64,000 bases of DNA from Botryllus schlosseri (GCA_051294905.1 CM119373.1:19158001-19222000), one strand, 5' to 3'; shown: positions 12,439 to 28,200, numbered from the stretch's first letter. Numbers and translations: made by a program. The notes: generated by a model from the letters alone, not told the origin.

Positions 12439-15400
12439 GATCCTTGATATTTTATAAACACTGGATTTTGTCTGTATTCATCCAGTAAAGCATATATATA
12501 TATATAATTGGATAAATGACCCAGCAATTTGACGGCTAGCTGCAATGAAATGCTGGGATTTATGAGACCCAATATTTGAAGATTTGCAGTGAAAAATTGA
12601 TTGCAAATAACATTCACGTCCCTTTCGTCGAAGTAGACATTGATTTCACTGTACATTAATATGAAAGTGATCACTCGCAGTTGTCCATTCCTATGGTATT
12701 CAGAAAAGGACAAACTGTCAATACACGCCGCCCTGAGAGTCACGCGATGGATTTTATATCTGTATGGTCAGTGTTGAGAATTGTTATTTTACGGTGTAAC
12801 TTTTGACCATGACTTTATATAATTATACTGTTGTAAGACATTATTACCTTATTTCTAGTGCAGCTAAAAAATATGCAATATGCAATCATAAGTCACCGTG
12901 CTGATTATAGTATCCAAGGGACATATTTTGTTCTTACTCAAAATATGGGAAAACAAAATATTCCAATGTAGCCGAAATGTCTATTATTTGCTTAAGGCCA
13001 ATATTGGTTCTTAAGAAGGAATCCACTGTAGCAATGATATGATGAAATTGGGTGAAAGTGCTTTGCGAGTTCATCGGACCTTTGCTTCGAGTGGTTTGTT
13101 TCTAATTACGAAACATATGGTTCAATGTTTCAAGCTACTTGTGCGTATAATACATATACTGTGAGCGAGTCAACACAGTTTGTGGACTTCCAACGCAATT
13201 GATCTCAGATCAGACCGGAAAATGTTTACATTTTGTGCTGTAGCTTGACTGAATTTTCGCGCACTAATTTGGAATAAAAGCACTGTACGCATCAACAGAC
13301 AGTTCCTCTCTGTTCTGAAATTTAGATATATTTTTAGGAGGGGTACCGTTGTGAAAACAGAGGAGTCGTGAAATCGAGAAAAAGTGCAAAGGAAATCTCT
13401 AAGTTTAATAAAACTGCCCAAATTGTTCAGTGACTGCAACAGATTACAAGCCATAAAAATCATGCCACACATTAAATATTTTGAAAAGATATCAATTAAA
13501 TTGTATCGAATATTTTTGTGAAAAGCAAACTCATGTATCATGGAGTTTCGACCCCCTTTCATCGACGAGATAGCAAATAGTGGCAGAGCGTCCAGGTCCT
13601 AGATCCGAAGGTATGGGTGGTGTATTCAACCGAGGCGGTCAGTAACGAAGTACTTCTACTTTTTTGAAGTACTCAAGTAGTGTTCCTCTACTTCTGGTAC
13701 TTACTCAAGTGTATATGATTTTCGCTACTTTAACTTCATGTTTTGTGATCTTCTTACTTCTCGCTTCTTCACTGACTATCAACATTTAATCTTCATAAAA
13801 CTTGAACAAAGTGAAGAATTTTCGTCGCGCAAAGTGGATGTGGAGTGACCAATATGATTTCACGAAAGTATCGGTGTATATAATTTAGGCAGCGGGTTGC
13901 GCGGTTCCGTTAACAACGCATTGTCGCCTATATGAAACATTTTATCACAGTACATATGGCTCATGATAACGTTTGAAACCGATGCTTCGCAATCTAGCAT
14001 TTACTTATCATATCGTCTATCTGGAAAAGTGGACTCTGACTTTTTTAGTTTTAGACCTGTTTTTGCATACCACCTTTCAATCTTTCTGGACTAAACAGGA
14101 CGGAGAAGCATGCTGATTCCGATGTGCCGAGCCCAAGCTGCATAAACAGGCCCTTCCCGTGATTTCATAAACCATCACCTGATAGCTGCAACGCTATGAT
14201 ATATTCAAAAAGACCGCAGCACAATTTTGCGTGAAACGCTGCATCACAATATTGGAAAGCAAATACACTTGAGACAAAACATCGGCAGGTCACATGAAAC
14301 AAAACACCAGCGAAACAAAGAAAAAATGGCATCCAAGCGACTACATAGCCATCAAACCCACCAATGTCGTAGTACAGCAGAACATTCTTACGATTCAATA
14401 AGTTATGGAACATGAATAAATAGCAGAAATAAAATTTTGAATTTGAAGCAATTGCATGCGGTTACGTCACCCTACTGAGTGCAGCTTGCAATGATTTGAG
14501 TTGTATTAGCGAAAAAAACGTTTCAACGATGGTGCACATGCTTGTAGTCTTTTTCGTGTTGCAATATTGAGGAAACCTACACAATATTTTGCAAGTTGAC
14601 AAGTATTTCAGCATCAAGTAGTAGCAAGTGAAGGCCAGAGGCGAACAGGGGTTTGATTAGGAAAAAATGGGATTTGTTAGAGTGAGATTGACTAGTTTTT
14701 CTATTCTGCATCGTGACTCGGGGTTTCATGTAAATCGGAATTTGCTTGCGCCTTTTCAATCAATTTGAAATGACTTGACGTGAAACGAAATTAGCATTTT
14801 AAAATATTAATTACCCCACACCATCACAATTAACATGAGTAAACCTTATTGTCTCCAACACCTGGCACAATTTCTTCTTGGAACATGCGAGTAAGATTAA
14901 ATTTAATTGAAGTGTGTGTGCGGGTGGTATTTCAATGCTGGGCTCGAAATCCTTAGTTACGTTTTACTAAACTCTAGCAGTCTAATGGGATGGAATTTTA
15001 CAGCGGCGACAATCGCTAAAATCGAATCATTTTTCAGCGATATCACTATTCTGTGGGGCATTTAAGCTTTTCCAATACCCATAGTTTGAAAATTCCGAGG
15101 TAACTCTACGAATGGGCCAATAGTCCAGAGCAGATCCGTATTTCGAGTGTTGTAGACATAATTTGCGTTGTGAAGGGGCACATAATGTCTGAGAAACACT
15201 GCCATAGCAGACTTCCACCACCTCTGGCATTATGTATGATCGAGCTTCAATCGGTGGAACGTACGCAACAAATATTTCGCCAATGAAAAGGATAACAGAA
15301 CATTCACATAAATAATATAATAGCACCTAAAAGCTATCCAGCTATTACTGATAGACATGTAAATGTACAATTTGGACTGGGGAATATCGTACTACCTTAG

Positions 15401-16226
15401 TACACATAATTCAAGTAGATTATTAAGCTTAGAGTCACGATGAAGTCATAACAGTATGCAAGATTTGTAGGTTCAGTTGTATTTCATTGTATTCGTGACA
15501 AAAACCGCAGCGCGTTCGCAATAGAGATGCCAGCAGTAAAATCTAGCGTATATTTGTAATCGTATCAGCAGACGTTACTCGAATCATTGCAGCCGAGAGA
15601 CTCAATTTGTTACGCCCAGTCACATTAGGAAGTGTAAGAAGAAAATAAAAGGTTCGGGTAGTGCTTGAAGAGTTTCCAAATGTAGTTTAGGCCGAGCGCC
15701 GTTTACATTGAACAGTTACTCATAGGCGGCCCTTTCGAAATTGCAAGATGCACTTTCACGACTAACGACTATAAATATGCGCAACTATTACCACAACATA
15801 GGGCAGGTATTCCACGTGGTTCTTACAAGAATTTCACCCATAAAATACGTGCAAACTTATCCTGATCCTACTTTATACTCATCAAAACACATATTTTGAA
15901 AAGCAAGTAGTTTTGCTTGAAAAACTGTAGACTTGGAAGTGGAAGTATCGTAAAAACAACCACTTAACATGACCATCGACCAAGTCTGCGTGATGGTAGC
16001 CAGACACCAGCTACTATCTTCCATAACTTGCAACGTTCGCAAAACGATTTTTTTGCATAGTACTCAACAATCACGACCTAGCTTCAAGACGGATTTCGGA
16101 TATTGTTGGGATCGCCCAGGGACGTTCAGTAGAGACTCCAAACGACAGGCTGTTGGTCGGACACTCATGGAATCGCCCAGGGACATCCTTAAACATTACA
16201 AACAAGATCTTAGGTGGGTTGACCCG

Positions 16227-19200
16227 TTATTTATCGACTTGTTCCTGCTGTGCTAGAGGAGACAGTCCAAACTGGGGCAGCTGATTCCGATTGCCCGCAT
16301 CAACGTTAAAAGAACTCAACGGCACCACCATAACTTCCTGTGGGCCGTTGATCGTCGCGTTCTCAGACACCGTAATAATAGCGTCGGCTGGGTTAAAATT
16401 CGCCTCGGCCTGTTCCGTTTCACGCTTAGCCTTTTTACCTCCACCCAAGTGTATGCGTTCGTGCTTGTCCAAATGCCACCGCGTCACAAAGGACTTGTGG
16501 CAGATATTGCACGTGACCGCCTGGCCAGTATGTATCTTCTCATGCTGGTCCAGATACCATTTCGTGGCGAAGTGTTTGCTGCAGTACTTGCACCCGTGGG
16601 GTTTTTGATGGGCGCTTATCGACGTGGGTGATGATCGGGGCTGGTTTTGCGTCGAGGGAGTTTGCTGCTGCTGCTGCTGTTGTTGTACATTAGTGTTGGG
16701 CTGTGGGATACGCGTCTGAGTTGGCTGCTGCCTCTGCACCACCTGGGCTATGACCTGCTGGCCTTGCATGGACTGGGGCTGGATTTGGACCTGGACCTGA
16801 TGTTGGATTTGCTGCGGCTGTGTCTGGATCTGGTGCGGCTGGGGTTGGGCGATGATTTGCGGGGAGTTGGTGACGATTTGCTGCTGGTTGTTGGGCCTCG
16901 GGTTGGTCTGGGTCTGTATCGGGATGGTGATCTGAAATGTTATACACAGTTAGAAAATGATGCTGTATTTTGAGTAAAATTCAGACGCGCAGTGGATTTT
17001 GACCTATTTTCGATAGTTAGGATAGCATTTGGATAGTTTTAGACTTTGTCACAGAGGGATGAATTAGGATTTTATCAATCTGCTCAAGTGAGAGCGATAG
17101 GCCTAAAAACGATTAATGCTTTTGACAATAGACAAACCATGCAGAAAATTGAGGGATTGTGTATCCCGTGACTGTGTTTGGTTATATTATTACCCTACTT
17201 AAACTTCTGCTTAGTAGTTACCAGGGTTGCAATGATTCAACTCTCGATTTTTTGGTGACTCGACTTGACTAGAGTCATTTTATCAAATGCGTAATACGAC
17301 TTGACATCAGTCGACTTGTACTCAGTCATCGTGCATGAATCGAACCAAGTCATTGACTCGAGACTAGGACGGCCATGACAGACATTTCATTGTGACTTCG
17401 ACGAGTAGTGAAGTCACCACATTATTGGTATTTCGTCCTGATACTTGGAAAAGGGGCCAGAAACTAGAAAATTACTATGTTATGCATGCGAGCCATTCTA
17501 TATCACTTGAGCAGAGTTGAAAATAGTGGATTGAACTGAAAACTGAACGGTGTACATAATGACTTGGACTCGAGTCAAAACACTATGACTCGGACTCGAC
17601 CCTCTACTAGCCGACTTGGACTTGATTTCTATGGTGAATTGAAAATGATTAGACTTGACTCGAGTCAAAATTGCAAAAGTGAGATTGACTTATGACTCGG
17701 AACCTTGTGACTCGATTACAACCCTGGTAGTTACTTCAAGACTTGGGAGCTTGTTAAGTAGTTTTGGGTATGCCTGCAAATTGTCATACCAACTGGGCAA
17801 AATATCCCCTGTACCACACTAACTGAATTTATTTTTGAAGAGTGTACCCGTTTGTATTATCCTTAGTCATTTTGCATTAGTCATGAAGATACACCCTACA
17901 ATTTATACAGCGACCTCCGATAACTGCCAGAAGTATGCAAATCCAGTTGCTGACTTGAGTACATTATAGATGTCATGGAAAGAGCTCCTTCAACTTGAAT
18001 ACAATAAATACTTTGACCAACTCCGTTCGCTACTAACCACATCTAATTATAAGTACAAATGTTGGACGAGTATGGTCTGTTTCTACGTGTACGAAACCCT
18101 CTCCTGAAAAGAACAATATCGATAAGCAACACGCTTATCAATGCAACACATCACACACTAACACGCACTGACTGCATTCAAGACCAAACCCATCCCCCCA
18201 GTGCATTCGAGTGGCTACACCAACTACAGCTAAACCAGAAGCGGTGCATCGATCCATCCGTATCATACCTTTGTCTGTTATGGGGCTTGAGTTTGCAGCC
18301 GGCCGGTCAGTCATACACTACCGGCAGTTCTAACTTTGGGCAAGTCGATGTCTGGAGTAAGTTGTGTAAGATGTAATAGATAAGTCGGACGTACGGACAA
18401 GATGGTATAAATGCTCTCAAGGGATCGGGTACCGTTTTTGAAAAATGGTTTAAAAGCTTTCGATCAAGGGTGAATCAGAGCGATTTAACAAAATGTGGGG
18501 GGACATGAGCAGGGGTAGTCAGACTTGCTACTAAATTACAAGTAATGACATTAATTTCAACTAAATGACAAGTAGATGAATCGACTTTTAAGACGTCTCA
18601 TTATTATGCATTCAATTTTCCATACGCCGTGCAGTTGTTTACATGATATTGTTCGTGGGAAAAATGTTAGACAGAATATCGAATGGGTTAGTTTATTACA
18701 GAATAATATTATAAACTTTGTGATGAATGAAATGTAGTGAGTGAAAAATGACGAAATAATAGTGAACCAGTGGTTTTCAACCACCAGTCTGCGTCAACTT
18801 CATAATTCAATTGCAAAATTTAAAAGGTTTATGGTTAAAGTTCTATACCGCCCATCAGTTATTCAAATTTTAAACTGATTGAGAAATTAGGGACAAAATT
18901 TAGATCACTCTTTGACGCGATGAAGAATTCATTGTGTACTTTCGACTTGCGCCACGCATGACTGGAATAACATCGAACGGTCCGCGGAAATTTTCTCATC
19001 AAATTAAAGTCCCAATGCTTTTTCTGTTTTGAGTCGCGCACTATAGTCGTAACTTTTACATTATGGGTTATTTTTTCAGGGTTGTAACCAAGTCACATGG
19101 CTCCGAGTCACAAGTCAATGTCACTTATATAGTTTTGACTCGAGTCAAGTCGAGTCATTTTCACTTCACCACCGAGTCCAAGTCATCGAGCAGAGGGTCA

Positions 19201-22200
19201 AGTCCGAGTCATGGTATTATCACTCGAGTCCAAGTCCAAGTAAATGTGTTGACTGGTAAGTTTCTAGTTAAAGTCTTGTTGACCCACTTTTTATAACTCT
19301 ATTTGGTGATATCGAATGGTTCCCATTTTAAATAGACTAATTTTCCTGACTTTTAGCAGTTTCTGGTCGCATTTTCAAGAACCAGTACCAATAGACAAAA
19401 TCCCAAGAGTGTGGTTACTTTACGTCACTTCGAAAAGGTTTGTACTATGACACAATATTAAAAACTTTGTGGTGACTGAAAAATGAAACAAATAATAAAA
19501 AAATTAAGCTCATACAATATGCAAGAAAAGTGAAGACCGAACATTTGCCGCTCTCTTTGAACGTATAATCACCAAAACACCGTTCGCTTACATTAGGCGG
19601 CAGCGTCAACATGGTGGGCAAGCTGACTCCGGTTATGACAGTCGGATTGATTGGCGACGTCTGCAGCTGAAACGAAGTCCCGTGAATTTGACTCGCGTTG
19701 ATCGTGCCGTTTTGGAGTTCCTCGCGCAGTATCGGCGTCGGGTCGCACTTCGAGTCCAGCTGCTTGTTGCAGAACTTGCAAACGTGGTAAGGCTGGATGA
19801 ACACCACTTGCTGTGGCGCGATGCTGACTTGCTGGGTCTGCTGGATCTGGTAAAAAAAGCAGGACATGGATACCAGGTAATGATTTGGCGCTGATAACGT
19901 GGTATATCACAACTAGGCACAAAAATTCGACAGAGGTGGCGGCCAGTTCAAGAAGTGCATGTAGCAATTTCCAAGACATGTCTGAACTACTTCAAGCGGA
20001 AGTATAAAATTAAAATTTGAGGCCAAAACAGTATGTAATGACTTTATTAACCTAATGTACTTCAATAGCTATTGAAGTCAATCAGACATCTGTGGTCGAT
20101 CAAAGTTGTCAACGAGTTCTTTGAAATCTGAATTCATGTCGGGTGTTGAAACCTTTAGCAGTCTTGTCTTGTTGATGTTCATGGTCGAAAATGTTTGCTC
20201 TCAAATGTATACAAACAGGAACAGAACAAGTATATAGCTTCATTCATGACCATCTTTCTCGGGCTGGCAAAGTTAGATTAATGCTGTGACGCATAAAATT
20301 TGTCAATACTTCCAGAATATAATTTGACGTTTATGGCAGAAACTCTCTACGGGCCGCTTAAAATCGCTTGGCGGGCCGTATGTTGCCCGCCCCTGATTTA
20401 AACAGTAAAAAAGATACTAAACGGGTGCCGAGTAACATCGAAATTATGAAGTTTTTAGTAACGTTTTGGGTAAGATATGAGGTAAGGTAAGGTAAGAGGT
20501 AAGAGTATCGATACTACCGTAATTTTCCATGTATAATCCACAAAAATTTTCACGATTTTTTGCCCTAAAATCGGGGGGTGCGTATTATACATGGGAACAA
20601 CACGCTTGAAAAAAATCTCCCTCGATAAAAAACTTGAAATCACACCTTTTTTCATGTTTGTTTCCAATCGCGCATCACTGTCAGCCATGGTGCCCAGTAA
20701 TTCGTATTATCAGTGTAACTGCGCTTACCAATTAGCAAAAAGCGTGTTGCCAATTAACGAGAGTCGTCTGCACAGCACGCAATCTTGTATAATGATTAGC
20801 AATGGTTATGTCATGATTGTTCGACAGTGACATCGCAAAACAGAACAACATCGCGTACTAAAACACAGCTATTCATGTACTGTGAATGCAGGGTGCGTAC
20901 TACACATGGGTACAGGCTTTTTCCCAGAATTTGCATGCCATTTTAAGGGTGCGTATTATACATGGGGGCGTACTATACTTGGAAAATGACGGTGTGTTGA
21001 TAATTCGAGCCAAAATAAATGAAAAATTGAAAATTTTGATGTTTTTTTAAAATTTTGATTTGCTAGTCGCTCAAAGTAGGTAGGGGAATTTGAGTACATT
21101 CGACAAAAACTTTTGCTTTCTCAACATATCTGCTTTAAATTCCGCAGTTCTGCATTCATTCATTAGCTCACTGTGTAAGCTCTAGATAAGACTAATAACC
21201 ATTTCTATCAAAGGCCGATTATAGCTTCCACGTGGAATTGAAAGTTTGTGAAATTTTTTTTCATTTTTGACACCACTTTTCAACTTCTTTGCAGACAGCA
21301 TAAAAATGGTTGTTGCGTATCCAAATATTGCTTAAGTTTGTGATAGGTGATCATGCTACAAGGTATGGCAATGCATTTTGTCGATGGTGGTAAGAGTAAG
21401 TTTTAATTTGAAGAATATTTTTTTGGGGTGATTCGGGTATAGTATAAATTAGGGGTGGGTTAAATTGAGTATACTACTAAATGATAACTTTTTTTGTTGC
21501 ACTGTCATCAGAGAGGTTGTAGATACTCTTTTGAATCTTGTTATTCTGATTTTGTTACACAATTAGAGAGTTAAAACAATAACAGACAAGCTCAGGTATT
21601 ATGAGAAGAAGCGAACCCCTAAATATGCACCACATGAATTTGATCAGGCCATCAAAGAAAGTAAGACAGGAAAGAGCTGTTATAATAGAGTCTGGGGTTC
21701 CCTATGAAGCACTCATAACAAAGTTAATTAGAGCAACACAGAAAATTGTAGCCACAAGAGCAAGAATCGGTCGAAGAAAGTGACTAGATGAAAAGTTTGA
21801 CTCGGGCAATTACTACACAGTAGTCTCACAAATAATGAAAAGAGAATCAAGAAATTATTTAGCTAGTCTTAATGTCAAAAGAAGGCATGTTCACTTGGTC
21901 AGGCCATAACTGGTGAGGTGCTGACATCAGAAGAAAGCAGGACCAGACTTTAAGATTAGGAGAATGTATGTAAGCTAAAACGCAAGAGCAATGATGTTGT
22001 GGTCAGTGACGATTATGAGGAGGAAGTGGCCACTCTAAGTACAGTTCTGAGATGGACTTGGGGAATTTGAAACAGTTCAGAAAGAGGAAGGATATCAACG
22101 AGTTTGATTGGCTCGTTATACAATACAGACAGACAAAGTTTCTGGGGCAGGTGGAAAATATGATGGGTGGCGGTGAAACATTTGAACATAATTTTTTCAA

Positions 22201-25200
22201 CCAACGGATTGCATATTTTCCTATCCCTGAAACATTGATGACATCAATTTCATGTTGAGAATATTTTCCATTTCATTCAATGAAGTAATTTTCAAAGTGA
22301 AAGCACCAATTTCAGAAAGAAGAGGGGTTGTCAAATTTGATTTGAATCCAAACAAGTAGTGAAACTTTGACATCTAATTATTTCGTTCTGCTGTTCCTCC
22401 TAAAAAAGTTTCTCTTTAAACAACAATAAGAGATCTTGTTCCAGTTTCTTTTTTAAAAACATGTAAATATACTCAGTTTTCCCATACAATGGGTCATTTG
22501 GGTATAACGTGGGGATAAGGCTTGCTTCAAGTACAATTTAGACAGTATACTCAATTTTCCCACAAAATTGGGGTAAATTGAGTATACGAATTTGTAAAAA
22601 GAAAATCACAATATTTTTCCACTGCGAGCAAATTGAATCTTCAATTCATTTGCAACCGAAAATTCAACCATACAATGTAACAAATATCAACCAGCCACCT
22701 TTTTATTTGACTGTTTATGAAAATGACAGCTGCTCAAACTTGAAAATATACTCAAATTCCCCCATCCCCCATCCCCCATTTATCGAGCAAGTTGCCAGTA
22801 AAATCTGAAAAAATTACTAATTTCTGAACAACCCTAAATGCACAAACAACACTCACAGTAGCTTGTTGGTGTTGTTGGGGCTGGTGCTGTTGCTGTACTT
22901 GAACCTGTTGCTGGTGTGTATGCTGGTGTTGGATCTGATGCTGGATTACCAGCTGCTGTTGGTTTTGCTGGACCTCGTGTTGCTGTTGCATCTGGTTTTG
23001 TTGTTGTTGCTGCTGCTGCTGTTGTTGTTGTTGCCTCTGCTGAAGCTGCACAGCTTGTTGAAGCTGTTGCAGTTGCTGAAGATAAGGGTTTGAAATGAAT
23101 AAATAGGAACTAAAGGTTTTATGCAGTCCTGTCTGTACACGCTAAAACACTGGTTCTCAATCTTTTCAACACAGCTTGGACAAATAAAAATTAACCAAAA
23201 ATATAATGATGGCAAATTTATGCAACTCCGAACAAGTACGGAATTGGAAACGTTACTTCATTGAGAAATTTGTTGCTGACTAACAGTGCTTCTATTGACG
23301 TTTCTGCAAGGTCAAATCGGGGATATCCCTGGGTGAAATACTATTATAATAGCCAGAAAACAAGTGACTAGGATTTAAATTACTCGGTTTCTTTTTAAAG
23401 AATTGCAAGTTCACTGCAAACGTCACTAAATTGTACACTCGTATACGGTAGCTGAAATCGTCAGCAACTAGTAGAGAATTGTTGATGATGATTACCCCTG
23501 ACGAGGGTCAGCCGAAAATAATCGGGTTCATATCAATACGAACATTCTAGTCAATTGCATATTGAAATTCTGTATCTCCATTCTCCAAGAAGCATTTCTA
23601 GATGAGATGCACCGGAAAGAAATCAGTGAGTTACAATACATGAATTTTTACACGGGATGTATTGTTAACAGGGTTGCGGGATGACCCGAAACGCGATTTT
23701 CGGTGACTCGACGTCATGACTCGGGCCAAGTCGTATGACTCGAGACTGAGTCTACCAAGACAGGCATTTCATTGTAATTTCAAAGAAGGGGTAAAGTTAT
23801 CACACTATTATTATTTCGTCTATGAGTCCTCATACTTGAAAATGCTCTCAAAAACTCTTCAAAATGAGGAAAATTAGTATATTATGAATGCGAAGCCTTC
23901 GATATCACCGACCAGAGTTGTAAAAATTGGGTTTCAAATGACTGTAACTCGGAACCGAACAATCAAAGTAATGACTTGGACCCAAGTTATAGGCTAACAC
24001 TATGACTTTGACTCGACACTCTGCTCCGTGACATGGACTTGACTCGGTGGTAATTGAAAATGACTCGGCTTGACTCAAAACTATAAAAGTGAGATTGACT
24101 TGTGACTTGGTTACAACCCTGATCGTTAACCACAAGCCACAAACAAAGCCTCACCTGCTGGCTCAACTGCTGCTGCTGTTGCACCTGGTTCTGTTGCTGT
24201 ACCTGAACCTGCTGAATCTGCGGCTGCTGCGGCACCTGCTGTTGCAACACCAGCTGCGGCTGCTGGGTCTGCACCTGCATCACCGGCGGAGTCGCGGTCT
24301 CTACGTCTCGTTGCAGGGCCGCGGACGTGTCCATGACAATGTTGGTGACTTTGGACTGGGTTATCGACGTGGTCTTGGGCTCGTCGTCGTTTTCGACCTG
24401 CGACAGGCTCACTCTGGTGCAGATCTTTTCGTGCCGTATCGCGTTGTACTTGGTGCTGAAGTAGCTCCCGCAGAATCGACAGTACCTGGGAAAAATTTTC
24501 CCAGTTTTTTCAAATTTGTTTTGAATCAGAGTTATTGCTACGTGATTTTTTTTCAAATCCGACTAGCATTATAATTACAACTACACTGTTTTTTTTTCAA
24601 AATGAGAATTACCAAATTCGCGAAAACTGGGGCATTAAGTTCAGTTTATTCATATTTCATATCAGAGCCCAGTCTCATAAGCACGAGAATGGCAATTGTC
24701 TCTACAGCAAGTTGGGCTCGTGTGCACTATACCAGGAACGGGCAACATACGGCCCGCGGCGGGATTTTGTCCGACCCACGGACAGTTTCCCGTCTTACAT
24801 GACAATGTGGCCCGAGGCCCCAGTCTGCCGAGATTTTCCATTAATTGCTTAAACGTAAAATTTGAGTGAATGTATGTTATGATATATGTGTGGTATATTC
24901 ATATTGAAATGAACCCGAATATTTTCGGCTGACGCTCGTCAGGGGTAATCGTCAGCAACTAGTAGAGAATTGGAAAGAACATTGTATATCAATAATCGTA
25001 TCACAAAATATGACGTCACCAGCATGAAACTTCGAATGAGAGAGCGTTCAATGTACTATTTTTAGGTGGTACACGAACTCCTTCTGTCGACAGAGTTTCG
25101 GTTGGTGTATTTTGATAAAAGTCGACTCCAAGGCACACAAATGGAACAGTGAACAGCTCCTCCCGATGACGCGAAATCAATTGTCTCGATAATTATTCCC

Positions 25201-28200
25201 ACAAATCGGATTATCCAACAGCTCTATCAACAGGAGTTCGTGTACCACCTAAAAATAGTACATTGAACGGGTGTCAGCCGAAAATATTCGAGTTCAGTTC
25301 AATATGAATATACTAATCAATTGTATATTGAAGTTCTGTACCTCCAAGAAGCACTTCTAATTTACGCGTGCGTGTAGCGTGCGAAAGTGGAGCTTACCCG
25401 TAAGTTCGTCCAAGCGACAAGACTTGCATTATGGGTATTCACGAAGTACTCAACCCTAATGAATTAGTATCATGGTAAATTTAGGATATCAGGCTTATCG
25501 AACTGCATTGAAATCTTAATTAAGGATTTCACCGTGTGTTAATTGATCAGAGAGAGAGAAGCAGACATGGCGGAGCCTGTATGACAATGCTGTTCTCAAA
25601 TCCACATTGTCTTCGTCATTATCGGTGAGAATTGGCTTTGAAGTGACATTGCAGTCGTTAAAATACATTCATTAAATACGATTTATTCCTTGCATGTGTG
25701 GATAAGTGGGCGAATAATGCATCGCTTCAGCAATCCGACCCGCCAAGTACTTAATTCTCCTATATCCGGCCCGCAGACAGGAGAAGTTGCCCGCCCCTGC
25801 ACTCTATAGTTCTCATGTAGCAATTTCAGAAAAAACAGAAATTATATTAGAGTTGAAATGTGAGCATAGAAACGTTTCACAAATTAGATTGAAATTAGAT
25901 CACTGGCATTTTGCTTTAATTAGCCTACTAGAATTATCTAGTTGTCCAAGTCCGCCGGGGAAAGATCAGGTGGCTTCAATCTCTCATAATTGCAAGGCGT
26001 TCGAGATTTCGGTAGTAAGTTACAGTCAGTTTGGTTCATGTTTTTAGAACAGTGGTTTTAAACCTGTTGTTCACAAAGGTAGGCCACTGATCTTTTTATT
26101 ACGGTTATCATCTTACCAAATTAAGAGGCAAAACGGTAAATAACACTACAGACATGTGCGATTCTCGAAAATATATATTCGGTTACCGAGATACAGTGGG
26201 TATTTCGTTCAGATGTTATCACTGCTTTAATCGTAAAAATGATGCAAACGTATCCAAGAACTGCTTTCTACTTTACAAAATCTAAGGTGCAAGAAGTAAC
26301 TTTGCTTTAGATACCGTTAAGCAGAAGTGGAAGTAGTCTGAATACGAGCCTTCGAGTAACTGGTGAAAATAGATAAAAAGAACTTTGAGCAAAGACCAAA
26401 AGAGTGAGCACATTGTTATTGACAACCTCTGCCCGGCAGCAAAACTAGCCGTGCTGTATCACACAATTCCATTACCTCTCCGGCTTTCGGGGCAGCACCG
26501 TTTCCTGCTGCTGATCGGGCGAGACGTACAATATCGAGTGCATGACAGGCTCGTCTGGGGTATGGAAGAGGTTTTCGTGCCGAATCGCGTTCCACTTTGT
26601 GCTGAACTGCCTGCCGCAGTATTTACACAGGTGAATTTTCTTGCCCGTCCACCGTTGACCCGAGGTAGGCTGCTGGTTGTAATCGCCCCCGAGCTGTAAT
26701 GGATAGAAGAAATGATGACACAAGACAAAGTGCGCGAAACCTAGAGGTTGCTACTCAAGTAGAAGTAGAAGTAATGCCGTAAATTTCTATTAAATTATAA
26801 GTACAGATTTAAGGAGTGTCAAAACTACTTCAAGCTGAAGTAGATAAAGGAAGGCCTGAAAAATCCTCGAGTAGATTCAAAAAATATATATGGACGAGGG
26901 GTCGCATATTTTTGGCAGTTAATCGGCGGCGGGCTACCCTTTAAATTGCAAGATGCATCAAAATGACTAATTATGCTGCAAATATTCACAATCTTCGAAG
27001 ATTTTTTAACAGTCACGGCAGTTACTGTGATGGCTGTGTCATGCGACTCTAATTATAATTTCACACATAAAAGCGATGCAAACTTATCCAAAACTACTTT
27101 CTACTTTTCAAAATAGAAAGTACGTAGTTTATCCATAATAACTCTTCAAGTAGATGTCCAAAAACACAACCATATGAGAAATCAGGCAAAACTTACCACA
27201 GTAGCCTACTCGGAAAAAGTTAACGGAAGATTGCACAGTAGGGTTGTTCAAAAATAACTTCATTTTTTCGGAGTCCGGGAACTCACTGATTTAAATCATT
27301 ACGTAGCCTTAAAGACGCTGCGCAGCAAATTTGGCTCAATTCCAACAAGTGGAAGCGACCGCAGAGAAAATTGAAATTTTCGAATTTAATATTGAAAAAT
27401 GTTATAGAATAGATAGAACTTCTGTGGGATATCCAGGCTAATTATTGGTTATTATAGGTTTGAATTTGTTTTGCATCGTTTTTGTGGACAACAATTTCAT
27501 GATATTGACAGTAAAATGTGAAAAATTAATTTTTCATCAATTGTTATAATAAATACAAAAATTTCAATTTGCTCTGTGGTCGCTTCTACTGGTTGGAATT
27601 GAGCCAAACTTGTTGAGCAGCGTTTTTCATGCAACCTTACATTTTGACCAGTGCATCCCCGTTTTTCGGAATGAAAAGTTATCTTTGATCAAACCAACAG
27701 CACAGGTTTGTTGCATTCCGTGTTGAACAGTTTGTGGCCTCTACATGTATGCCAGAATTGTATATAGTTCGAGATGGATTGGCGCTGCTCTTGAGCATTT
27801 TAGATATATCGCCTAATGCCTTACTTGGTTTACTGCTGGGCCTGTGCAAAAGTTGATAGCATAGATAGGGTTGCCGGAGAACCCGGCCCTCGGTGAATTC
27901 CTCGGGAAATTTTGAAATTAAGTGTATTCACAAGTATTAATATGAATTAATAAAGTAATAATGTTATTATCAACTGATTTGTCGGTCTTGTAAGGAGCTC
28001 CGGGCATGCGTAGGTCACGCAGTCACGGCGTGATCAGATCACGGATTGCACAAGCGCCAAGCGCGGGAGAGAACGCGACGTTCACATATCGATCACGCGT
28101 GGTCGGCTCATTGTTGAATTGACTTGGCGAGAAGCGGACGTGTGATTTTCAAAAATATGGATATTAGGGTTGCCGGGGGTGGGATATTAGGGTTGCCGGA

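Noticed and set aside
12435-15326. Short ORFs between the BtpA and ZnF 3' ends (12435-12743, 13170-13562, 14165-14413, 15027-15326)
   Set aside because: No family motifs or consistent splice chain; lengths are compatible with chance in AT-rich DNA.
16291-24574. Leu/Val-rich plus-strand ORFs (e.g. 16647-16973, 19682-19894, 22863-23093, 24089-24574)
   Set aside because: They are antisense shadows of CAG/CAA-rich zinc-finger exons.
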